Source: Balamuthia mandrillaris
Lineage: Eukaryota
Assembly: GCA_031835245.2 (NCBI GenBank)
Contig: JAVKOQ020000010.1
Coordinates: 248,001-312,000 of the forward strand
DNA length: 64,000 nucleotides
Reading direction: 5' to 3'
The translations under genes and the position numbers were made by a program. Shown here piece after piece: positions 53,243 through 64,000 of this stretch; position 1 is the first letter of the stretch, and every line of letters starts with the position of its first letter. A model generated the notes under the pieces. It saw only the letters and a program-made list of their open reading frames with translations. It was not told the origin of the DNA and made no database searches.

Positions 53243-56200
53243 ATGCGGTGGTTGTGTTTGGTGCCAGCGACAGCGGAGGAGGAAGGCAACGTGGTAGTCC
53301 TGCATAGCTACGCCGAAGGAGAGGAGGAGCAAGAAGAAATAGTGGAACGGGACCACAAGGGGACTGAGTCAACCTCTGCCAGCACCGCCGTCACGCCAAA
53401 GCATAAAGCTTCAGCTGAAGAAGAAGAAGAGGGGTGGATTATGTTGGGCAGGGCGCGGTGGTTGGGGCTTAGCGACAAACGAATCAGCCGCAATCACCTC
53501 CGAGTGAAAACTCTACCGAATGAAAGAGCCGTACTCGTTTGTGCAGTACCGTTTTCTCCTTCATCTCTCTGCTCTTCACATTCTCTTTTCTGTTCCCTTA
53601 GCGCTGTTTTATCCTCTTCTTTCCTTCTCTGCTCTATCCTCGCTCTATTCACCCTCTTCTCCTTTGCTCTCTTCTCTGCTTCCCCTCTCTTCTCACGTTT
53701 CTCTGTTTGCTCTGCGTCTCTCTTCTCTTTTTTCTGATCCACTTATTTTCTTTGCATTTAAAACCAAAGTGTGGAGTGAATGCCATGAAGATACACCATG
53801 TTCCTCCTTCCTCTTCTTCTACTACTTCAGTGATTGATCCGCGCAACGCTGAAGACCGCCACAAGATGAATGTTGGAGATAAGTTGTGGCTTCTTCATCC
53901 ACCTTCTTCGCATCCCTTTACTCTGCGCTTATGCCATCCGCTTGAACTCGAAGAGAAGGAGAAAGAACGAGAAGTTGTTTTCCCAACTACTTCATCGCTG
54001 TCAACAACAACAAAAGAAGAACGAACCAACAATAGAGCGAAACGAAAACGAGAAGCGCCAGACGAAAAAGAAGCCGAAACACCAAAACTTCATCAAAGAG
54101 CAGGAACGAAAGGAAAGGAAAAAGAAGAGGAAGAGGAACAAGGAAAGAGATATTTGGTTGAACGCAAGAAAGTAAAAGAGCATATTGTTGTCGAGAAGAA
54201 GCGCGATCATACATTAGTACCCATGCGTTGGACTTTTGGAGAGCAAGGAGCTTCAGTGCAGGTAATAGACTTGACGTCGGAATCAACAGACGTTACTTTG
54301 AACAAAGAAGAGGAAAGAGGCAGCAAAGAAACGAATGAAACTACAGAGAACAAAGTGGCATTCTTGAAGGAATGTTTTCCGCAGATGGAAGACTCAACTA
54401 TCGAGGCTGCTCTTATTTATTGCCGCCAAAACGTAACTGCTGCTGTCAATCATCTTCTTGGCAATGGTTCTTCTTCAGCTTCTTCATCTACAGGATATTT
54501 GTTGTCAGCAACGACGCCTCCAACTGAAGCCGAGTTGAAACAAAACGAAAAGGAAGCCAGAGAATGGTTTAGAGGGAGCCAGGTCTTCTTCAGGCTCAAT
54601 CGTCTTCCGTTCTTTCCGGAGACTGCAAATGAAGGATCTATTCAAATCAATCACATCATAACCGTTTGTTCTTCTCTTGTCCTTATTTGTTCGTTTTTCT
54701 GATGATCTTCTACTCTGAACATATAGGAGGACGCTCGCTTTGCGCTGATAAGTTCCTACTCTGTAGATGTAGCATGGCTAATGGAACAATGTCCAGTTCT
54801 TCGTCGTATCCGTTGGACCTTGATACACGGAGAACAATGCATCGAAGATATGATCGCTGGATTGGAGTCTCAAGACTCTTCTTCCGCTCCGACCCAACAA
54901 CCCTCCAACGTCCATTTCCACAAGCCTTACTTGCCATTTCCTTACGGCACTGTTCATACCAAGATGATGCTCGTCTTCTTTGACGACTCGTTGCGAGTGG
55001 CTATTACCACCGCGAACCTCATCGACGCTGACTACGAACGCAAGACGCAAGGCATATGGGTTCAAGACTTTCCTCGCGCTTCTCCTTCTGCACAACAACA
55101 AACAACAGAGCTAAGTCGTGAGTTTGTCAGTTATTTAACGGACTATCTTCGTAAAATGGGAAGAACTTCGCAATTAGGTGGTTTCGATCCAGTTCGTTTG
55201 CGAGACTATGACTTCAGTCAAGTGAAGGTGAGATTGGTGGCTAGTGTGCCTGGTGTTCATCGTGGTGCTGAGATGAACAAGTATGGGCACATGAGGATAA
55301 GAAGTTTGCTCCGGAAGGCATGCCCCTCTTTATCAGATTCGCTTGCCCATTCTCCTCTCTTATGTCAGGTACTTCTTCCTCTCTATACTTTTCTCTATAC
55401 TTTCTCTCTTTGATATTTACGAGTTTCCTCAAAAATTAGTTTTCAAGTGTTGGTTCGTTGACCGCCGACTGGTTAAAAAGAGAACTTGTTAATAGCTTTT
55501 GTCCAGAGACATTGAATGAAGGAGGAAGCCAAACCAGTAAATCGTCTTCCAATGCACTGCCTGACACCAAACTCATTTGGCCTACTGTTGACTTTGTTAG
55601 AGATTCCGTTGATGGGTTACTGATCTTCTTGTCTTCTTTCATTTCTTTCATGTAACGTCAATGTTGAAAGAATGCTGACATTGAACGTTGCAGGTATGCT
55701 GCTGGTGGATCTCTATGTTTCCCCCAACGAAACCTGAAGCCTTTTATGTTACCTCTCTTCCATCGCTACACTGCAATGCAAAAAGGCAGAGAACACGTCA
55801 CACCTCATATCAAAGTTCGTCTCTCTCTCTCTTCTCTTCTCTTCTCTTCTCTTCTCTTCTCTTCTCTTCTCTTCTCTTCTCTTCTCTTCTCTTCTCTTCT
55901 CTTCTCTTCTCTTCTCTTCTTCTTCTTCTTCTCTTCTTCTTCTCTTCTTTCTTCTTCTCTTCTCTTCTCTTCTCTTCTCTTCTCTTCTCTTCTCTTCTCT
56001 TCTCTTCTCTTCTCTTCTCTTCTCTTCTCTTTTCTCTTTTCTCTCGCTCTCTCGCGTGCGCACTTTCCTATGTTTCCTTCCCTAATCAAAAAACAAGTGT
56101 TACACACGAGCGAATGAAGAAGGACAGTTAGGCTGGGTCTGTTTGACGAGTGCAAATCTCAGCAAAGCAGCATGGGGTAACCTCCAAAAGAACGACACAC

Positions 56201-56481
56201 AATTGATGATACGGAACTGGGAGTTGGGTGTGCTTTTTCTTCCATCAGACCAAAACAGCAAAGTCGAAACAACATTCATGGCAGGAACTTCTCCTTCCGT
56301 GCGAGCAAAAAGAGCAAGGGGAAAGAACGAAGAAAAAGCAGAGGAGGAACAAGTGATAACGTTTCCAATGCCGTACTCAATTCCACCCCCAGTTTATGAA
56401 CAAGGCAAAGACGAAGCATGGCTTTGGGACGTGCCTCATCCAGAACCCGATAGTGGAGGACATTCATGGCGCACCATGTGA
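53243..56481 (+). CDS. TDP1: Tyrosyl-DNA phosphodiesterase 1 with N-terminal FHA and CUE-like domains; introns 53546-53769, 54664-54726, 55369-55439, 55616-55693, 55815-56097
   Basis: Catalytic motifs GTVHTKM..TANL and PHIKCYTR..TSANLSKAAWG; IRNWELGVLF; FHA LGR..DKRISRNH. Confidence 0.93.
55820..56040. repeat. Intronic (TCTTC)n pentamer repeat
   Basis: Seen directly. Confidence 0.9.
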
Positions 56482-56972
56482 AGGGACCAACGCTGAGTAC
56501 GAAAGCAAAGGACGAAAGACGATCAACAAAGCAACGAAAAAAAAAAGATAGAGGATGGAAAAACAAGAGGAAAAACATGGACAAGAGACAGAAAAGTCAC
56601 AGGAACTTTGGTGGATGACAACGAGACGACCAACAAAAGTGGAACGCATTGTGAAGACGGAAGAAAGAGAAACGGAACAAAGAGATGAAGAAGAGGAAGT
56701 CACTCTCGAAAGAGAGAGTCTCTGAGACATCGTTATAGGAATATGAATGAAGCAATACCACAGAAAACAGACAGAAAGTCAAGAGAGTAACTCGATTCTA
56801 TCTCACTTCTGCTCCTCCCACCAGCCAATCGCATTCCTCTTCCTCTTCTATTTATACTTTCTTCCTTCATTTGTTCATTCTTCTTCATCGTCTTCCATTC
56901 AAACAAACTTCACAATCTCTCTTCTTCATACCTTCATCAACGAACTAAAACTTCTATAACGATTCATCAACA

Positions 56973-57338
56973 ATGAGCCTTTGGGTACCCGACGTAGGCA
57001 CTAACGTCTTTGACGACTTTCGTCGCATGATGGATCCGTTCGCAGGAGGAGGCTTTGGCGGCTTCGGTGGCTTTGGAGGCTTCCCCGAGTTTGGCACGAC
57101 CCCCACAAGAGGATTCGGAGGAGGCGTTGGAAAGACCGCCATCGATCTGTTGAGCGATACTCCTTCCAGCTTTGCGGATGTCAACCGATTGGACCTCAGG
57201 TGGAGGCCCCTCTGCGATGTGCGTGAGACCGAGGAAGCCTACCACATTCTTGCCGAGCTTCCTGGTGTCAAGAAGGAAGACATCGAGGTATGTGTTTTTC
57301 ATATTCTCTTCTCGTTTTGATGTTTCTCTTATTTAACC

Positions 57339-57384
<46 letters not shown>

Positions 57385-57672
57385 GTGCACGTGGAAGGCG
57401 ATGGCAACACTCTTGTCATCAAAGGCAGGAAAAAGCACGAGCACACCGACCAGAACGAGAGGTACCACCGCGTCGAGCGCGGCTACGGTACCTTCACTAG
57501 AAGGTTCAGCCTCCCCGCCCACGCCGACCTGAACAACGTCGACGCCGAGTTCAAGAACGGCGTCTTGGACGTTCGCATCAAGAAACGCTCGGGAGAGGGC
57601 GAAAGAATGAGAGTGGAGATCAAAGGAGGCGGAGGCGGAGGCGGCGTGGAAACCAGCACCGAAGGAATGTGA
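56973..57672 (+). CDS. Small heat-shock protein (HSP20/alpha-crystallin); intron 57288-57384
   Basis: DVRETEEAY..AELPGVKKEDIEV, ERGYGTFTRRFSLP, AEFKNGVLDV. Confidence 0.93.
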
Positions 57673-57751
57673 TTAAAAAGTTTGTTCCTTCTCTTTCTCT
57701 TTCTTCGCTTCTTGCTTTCTCTTTGTTGAAAAAACATCTTTACTTTCTTCT

Positions 57752-59537
57752 TCATTTGTCACTTTTTCCTTTTGATTTTCTTCTCTTTGGAACTCTCTTT
57801 GGAGTGGTTGAGTTGGACGAAGAAGCAGCAGCAGCTTCAAAGTCGCGCAACAGCTGCTCACAAAAGAGGTTGGCTTTGGGTTCCCACGAGTTGCAGGAGT
57901 CATTGTAGCCTTCCCACTTGATGAGATACTCCACTTTTCTTCCTTTGTTCCGTTTTGAAAGTATCTTCTCGACCACGTACTCTCTTTCTTCCTCCTCGCC
58001 CTCCTCTTTTTGTTTTGCTTCGCCTTTCGCTTTCACTCCTTGTTTTGTTTTCTTGTTCGGTTTTTGTTCCTTCTTTTCTTCTTCTTCTTCTTCTTCTTCT
58101 TCTTCTTCGCTATCAAAGTATTGAAATACCGAAACTCCAACTCCAGCAGCACGTCTTCGTTTGGCCATCTTCTCCTCTTCTTCCTCTGGTGTTGCTTCCC
58201 CATCTTCCTCCTCTTCGTCTTCGCTCTCAAAGTAGGGAATCACCGAAGCGGCAACTTCGGCTGAGCGTCTTCGAGGTCGTTTGGCAAACTTCTCTTTCAC
58301 ATTCTCGTTCTCCTCTGCTCCTCGCGTCTCTTCAAAGTCATCCGAAGAGGATCCTCTCCTCTCCTTATCGGTCGAACTTCTCTTGCGTTTCTTGCTATAC
58401 CTGTTGATGATTGTTGCCAGCCCCTCGGCTTGTTCTCCATCTCCATTTCCTTCGTGCTCGGCTAACAACTCGTGAACGCTTTCGTAGCCGGTCTTTTGAG
58501 CGTGATGAATAAGTATTCCAGTGGGTCTTTTCCCTTCCTTTCGTCTGTGAAGTGTTTTGGTTGGTAATGTTTTTTTTCAGGAGAAGAAGAAGAAAAGAAG
58601 AAGAAGAAGAAGAAGAAGAAGAAGAAGAAAAGAAGAAGAAGAAGAACAAGAAGAAGAACAAGAACAAGAAGCAGAAGAAGCAGAAGAAGAAGAAGAAGAA
58701 GAAGAAGAAGAAGAAGAAGAAGAAGAAGAAAGAAGGACAAGATAATGACCTGCAGAAAGAGCAGTTGCAAATGCCGCGGCATTTGGGGCAAATCCATTCC
58801 GGGGCGGCTAACGCCTTTATAGGAGAGTTGAGTATTGGCGATAAGTAATGAGCGAAAAAAGAAAAGAAAAAAAGAAAAAGAAGAAAGAAAGAAAGAAGGT
58901 GAGTCAACCTCTTCGAGAGTTTGTCCATAGCGGAGGGTAAGACACCTGGCGTCGAACATAATGTTGCATAACCTTTTGCCAGTGGGCGTTTTAATCACAT
59001 TTGTGCATTGCACCTTTTGCAATGGCAAAAAAAGTTGAATAAAAAAAAACACAAAGAGAGCAGCGAGAACGAGAGTGAGAAGGGCGAAGGGGAAACCTTT
59101 GGGTCGATCGTCTTTTGCCGACACTGGTGACAGGTCGAGCCCAGCTCAGAGTCATACACTCGCCCGTGGACGACCCGTCTTCCGGGATTGGCTCGTCGCA
59201 AGCCGAGCGAACGGCTCCGGCTGTTGTTGCTCTGGTTTTTTGTTGGGGCATAGCTCCGACGGCCTACTTTCCATAGGTGCTCCGCCCAACCCTTCTCCAG
59301 CTCCGCAAAGTTGATGTTGTGGCTTCCCGTGCTCCGTGTGGAGCGCCGCAAAGGGCGCGGCGGGGGAGGCGGAGGCGTCCACTCGGCGTCATCGGATTTT
59401 GGATCTGTGCCGGTTTTGGAACCACCAGTTTTTTTCTTTGCAGAAGGGGGAACGATGGATTCGGTCAAACCGAGTTGCTCCAGAAACCTGCGGTTCTCCT
59501 CGATCCGGCTCGCTCGCTGTTCTTCATAGGCCGACAT
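57752..59537 (-). CDS. CDCA7-like zf-4CXXC_R1 protein fused to a C-terminal chromodomain; introns 59014-59096, 58815-58908, 58545-58749
   Basis: [19 protein letters not shown]-terminal helix; [35 protein letters not shown]; chromodomain [24 protein letters not shown]. Confidence 0.9.
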
Positions 59538-59689
59538 ATAAGAGTTACACTGATCTTTCCTTTTTTTTTTTTGGTAGAATTTATTCACATTCTTGAAATT
59601 GCTGAGTTCAGTTCAAAATAGTTTTATTGCTTTTCCGTTGGACCGGTTAGTTTGGTCAGCAAATTTAGATACAACCAGTAAGGTTGACC

Positions 59690-62600
59690 TTTAACGGTGT
59701 GTGCAATGGGGAAATACAAGTGGGTATTGGCCTCTAGGGAGGAATCACGATGTAAACGCTATCCTGGTAGGCTCTTGGGAGGGTCGTTGAGAGCATCCCC
59801 TTTGGCTTGGGTTGTGTGTGTGGGTTTCGGGGTGTGTACGTGAGTGTCTTTGTTGGGCATGAGTCTTTGTGGATTGTTATGCATTGTGGTGTGTTGTCTT
59901 GATGCCTTCCTATGAGGTGGTTAGGTGGATCTGTGGGGCGGGTGGGGAGTTGGCTGGCTGCGGGTTTTGTAGGAGTAGGCCCAGTGGGCGTAGTAAGGGA
60001 ATTTGGAGGCGAAGCTGTTGTAGGAGAGGAAGAGAGAGGGGGAGGGAGGGGGAGGGGGGTTCAGGGGGGCGGGGGGGCAGCCAGCCCTTTTCTGTGAGGG
60101 CTTTGTTTCTTGTACAGTAGAAGTTTTGTAGGGCGTTTGCAATTTTGTACAGGCTGTCTAGGACTTGTTTTCGTTTTTCTTTGTTTGTCGGGTGAAGGGA
60201 CACCTGGTGTGGGAGGGCACCTAACCAGATGTCAGTGTTTTCTAGGTTGTCAATGAAGAGGCGGGCGAGGTTGGGGTTGATGTCTTTGAGGTCTTGGTGG
60301 AGGCTATGGGGGAGTACGCGTTTGCACATAATGGGAGAAGGTTGTGGCGTGCACGGAATCTTACATGTTCTGTGTCAATTGGGAGGTATGGTAATTGGAT
60401 GAATCTGTTTGGTTTTTTGTTTGGAGCTGTTTCTTTGGGGAGGGTGGCTTTTACCGTTTTCTTGTATTATGTGTCCAGAACTTTTGTTAGGTGTTGTCCT
60501 TGAGGAGGTATTCTGTGGGAGAGAGGCAGAGTTCTTCTATCAGGGGCCTAGAGGGAAGCTGGAAGGCTTGGCTGGCCAGTTTGTCTGCTTGTTCATTTCC
60601 TTGTTTTATGATAGCTGGGTCCGTGAGGGTGCTTAGTACTTTATCTTGATGTGTGATTTTCTTTTTCCAAGTATTCTTTTGTTTTTTGAGCTTTTCTTTT
60701 TGGTGGCTATAGATGTGCTGGAAATCAACTGTGGCTTCTCGCTCAAGGATAGCTATGTCAATGAGTTTGAGGGTTGGGTGCTCCTTTCTCCCTCTTGGGG
60801 TAGTTGGGTTTCTGTTCTTGAGAGCGTTGATACAGCTCAGGTTGTCTGAGAAGATAGTAATAGGCAGGTTGTTATTACTTTTGACTGCTAGGAGGATGGC
60901 TGTTAGTTCCGCATTAAATGAAGTTTGATTATTTGGAGTTCTGTATATGATGTTGGCAGGGTCGTTTGGGTTATAGAAGACACTTGAGCCTGTCCCTTCT
61001 TTGGAGTGGGATCCATCTGTGAATATTGCATAGGTACCATTGTTAAGGAGGAGAGGGTTTGTTGGAGGGGAAGTTATAGGGTGGAGAATGCTCTGTATAT
61101 AATTTTTCTTTTCTTCAATAAAAGCATGTGCTGCTAGGAGCTGTTCTTTAAGGAGATTGAATAGGGGTTCTTGTGAGGGCTGCCATGTGGCCTGCATAGA
61201 GGGCAGGGAATGGCACTCCATTATTTAGGGGCCAGTCTGAGAGGGATTCCTCTTTAGAGTAAAGTGTAAGGTTGGTTTGCTCCAGTACTGTAAAGAGTCC
61301 TGTGATAGTAAGAAAACTTGATTTAGGTTTTGGGGTGTGTGTGCCTATTAGAGGGTGTGGTTCTATTTTGCTATTGTAGTTATCAATATTGTCTTTTAGG
61401 AGTTTTGCTGAGATTAGTTCAGGTCTTTGTAATGTGTTATCTATGAGGTGGGACGTAAGGTTGATGAGTTGGAGTTCTTGGATTTTTAGTAGTTTAATAT
61501 CATCTTCTTTGTCATATAGAATTGCTTTATTGTATTTGTGGTTTATGTTGAGAGCTTTTCTGATAGTGCGTCTGGCCTCCCGGTCTATTGTTTCTAGGAC
61601 AAGTGGAGCAAGCTTGTGGGTATATGTAATGTATTCTACTTGTCTAAGGGCTATGTTGTTGATAAATAGTGCTTTTAGGCGTGCTGGAAGGCGTCTTAAT
61701 TGAATGGCTGCATTGGTCTTACGGAATTGTTTTAGTACTTCGTTGTTTAATTCTTGATGGTTGTTTGCTAAGGAGATATGGGCCCCTAAGTACTTATAGT
61801 GGGTAGATGGTCCTATTATTAAGATGGGGTAGGAGTTTCCATCAAGTTCTACATAAAGACTAGGAGATTTGTCATGGATGGAGGAGATTGCAGTTTTCTT
61901 TGGGTTAATGTTGATAGAGAATAGTTTGAGGAAAAGGTAGAGGTGTTCAAACAACATGCTAATCTTTTCTGCTGAGTCTGCTAAGAGGACAATATCATCT
62001 GCATAAGCAATTATGGCAACATTTCTACCTTTTCTAGTGGTATAACCTGAGTTGAGGTTTGCAAGGAATTCTATAATTGGGTTTAAGAATAATATGAAAA
62101 GGAGAGGTGAGAGGGGATCGCCTTGTTTTACACCTCAAATGACTGTAAAGAGGGGAGAGTCTCCATGTGGAGTGATGACAGTGGTTGTTGAGTCTTTGTA
62201 AATTCCTCTAAAGACATCAACTGCTGGATCTTCAAGGCCATACAGTTTAAGGGTTTTGAAAATAGCTTCATGGGGTACAGAGTCAAAGGCTTTTTGTATA
62301 TCTACATATAGAGTATGCAATGGGTGATTGTGAGAAGCTGCATCCTCTATGATGCATCTCAGGGCAGTGATGTTAGAGTGGGTAGAGTGGTTTTTCCTGA
62401 AACCAGATTGATAGGTAGAGAGGATATTTGCCTTGTGGAGTGCTTTTTCTAAGCGTTGTTGTATAAGTTTGGTGTATACCTTATAAATAATTGTACATAA
62501 GGCAATTGGTCTGTAGTTCATTGGAAGATCAGGGTTGCCTCCTTTAAAGATTGGGAATATTTTTGTGGTGTTCCACTCTTGTGGGAGTTCCTTCTTTTTG

Positions 62601-64000
62601 TGTACTTCATTTAGGGAGTCAAGGAGGGAGGAGAGGTTACAATCATCTGTGAGTTTGAGTAGCTCTACTATGACATTATCACTACCTGGAGCAGAGTCAT
62701 TCTTAAGTGTTTTTATACACATTTTTAGCTCCTGCATAGAAAATGGGGCTGTTATTTGGATTGTTGTTTCTGGGTGCATTTTCTTTTGGAGGGATTGCCA
62801 GTAGCAGTTGTTATCAATATCTGGAGGAAGGGGGCGTTCTTTATACATATTTTCTCAGAAGCGGCCAACATGTTTAGTGATTTTTTCTGGGGTCACGGAT
62901 GTTTTTGTGGTGTTATCTTTTGCTAAGTAAGTACTACTGATGAGTTTGTGGAGGTGATTCTTTTGCTGAATTGTTTTTCCTAACTCTGGAATTGAGAGCA
63001 GGTGTTTTATTTGTTTGAGAGGTGGGATTGCCTTTTTGGCTGCATTAACATATTTGAGCATAATATTGTGAGGGTTTGTTGGAGTTATATCAAGTTCTAT
63101 ATTAAGTAGTGTGTTAAAATATTCTGTGTCTTCTGTGGAGGGTTTTCTTTAATAAGGGAGAAGGCGTTTCTTTGGGATGGTTGGCCTAGTGCACTGAAGG
63201 TTTATTGTGGCTGTAATAGGTTTATGGTCTGTTGAGATGTTTGTTTTGCCAAGTTTAGTGGAGATGAGTTTTTCAATTCTTTCTGTGAGAAAGTAGTCTA
63301 TGCGGGTCCTTTGTGTGTATTTTCTGGTGGAGATGTATTGTTCATAGGTAGGTGTTCTAAGGTTATCATTGAAATGTAAAAATGCATCTTGTAGGTTATG
63401 GCGCTCCTTAAACTGAGAGAAGTTTTTGTTAGGTTTGCCATTTCCATTAGAGTTGTTACGAGGATCATCATAGGCATTGAGGTCTCCACAAACTGTAATT
63501 GGACCTTTGTTTTTAAGGCTGATGAGGTAATTGTTGATGTCTCCATTCCAAGACAGCATTAAAGACAGGGTGATGGCAATAAAGCTAAGGGGGTTGTAGG
63601 AGTTGAATATACCCTGCTAGGAGGGATGGGAAGATGAAGGCAACTCCTCTGTGGTTGTTTTTGTCTGTTGGGATACTGGAGGTTATTGTAGTAAAGTGTT
63701 TTGGAACAGACCTGGTCCATTTTTGTGTTTTAGTTGCACATTCCTGTAGGCAGAGGATGTTTATAGAATATTTTTTCTGCATTTTTAAGAGTTCAGGAAG
63801 TTTATTGGAGATTCCTCCTTTAATATTGAGAGAGGTTATATTTAGAAGCATATTTGTTGTGAGGAGAGGAGGAGGAGGAGGAGGGGTTGGTGAGTTATTA
63901 TTCATCTCCATAGCTTTTAGGTCTGTCCTTCTTTAGAGAAATAAGGGCTGGTCTCTTCCTCTCTGGGTAGTTAAAGGAGACTAACATTGCAGACGCCAGT
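59690..64000 (-). mobile_element. Disrupted non-LTR retrotransposon (LINE): end of ORF1, then ORF2 with APE endonuclease, RT and RNase H; 3' boundary approximate
   Basis: APE: SLNIKG, LCLQEC, CGDLN, RIDYFL, TDHKPI; RT: APGSD, YRPIAL, QSGFR, DIQKAFDSV, GVKQGDPLSP, AYADD; RNase H: FTDGS, AELTAI, FSDN, GNEQADKLA; in-frame TGA at 62855 and 62135 plus frameshifts; AT-rich and intronless. Confidence 0.93.

Noticed and set aside
62135..62857. In-frame TGA codons in the LINE as recoding or an alternative genetic code
   Set aside because: Host genes use TGA as a stop and the element also has frameshifts, so decay is the simpler explanation

Overview
This is eukaryotic nuclear DNA from a compact, intron-rich genome. 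The gene content and microsatellite-filled short introns suggest a free-living amoebozoan-type protist (inference; not provable from this window). It holds about 27 tightly packed, mostly spliced protein genes, two identical tRNA-Gly(TCC) genes and, at the right end, a disrupted, CpG-poor non-LTR retrotransposon (APE-RT-RNase H). Housekeeping genes include a USP4/15-like deubiquitinase, PGM2, two mitochondrial carriers, TMEM50, EHD, ERG28, RPN11, TDP1 and HSP20. Several genes are remodelled versions of known families: (1) a Na/K-ATPase-like P-type ATPase with all transmembrane helices missing and degenerate catalytic motifs; (2) an importin-alpha-like protein with no IBB domain but a C-terminal BC-box/Cul2-box; (3) a CDCA7 zinc finger fused to an HP1-type chromodomain, next to the LINE; (4) a BTB domain with an HMG box inserted inside it; (5) a Crinkler-like NTPase. 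Non-coding patterns include a GTCGAC motif upstream of many genes, frequent AAG 3' splice sites and a possibly structured ~220-nt element. All exon models and family calls were made by eye from motifs and GT-AG frame continuity; no searches were run.
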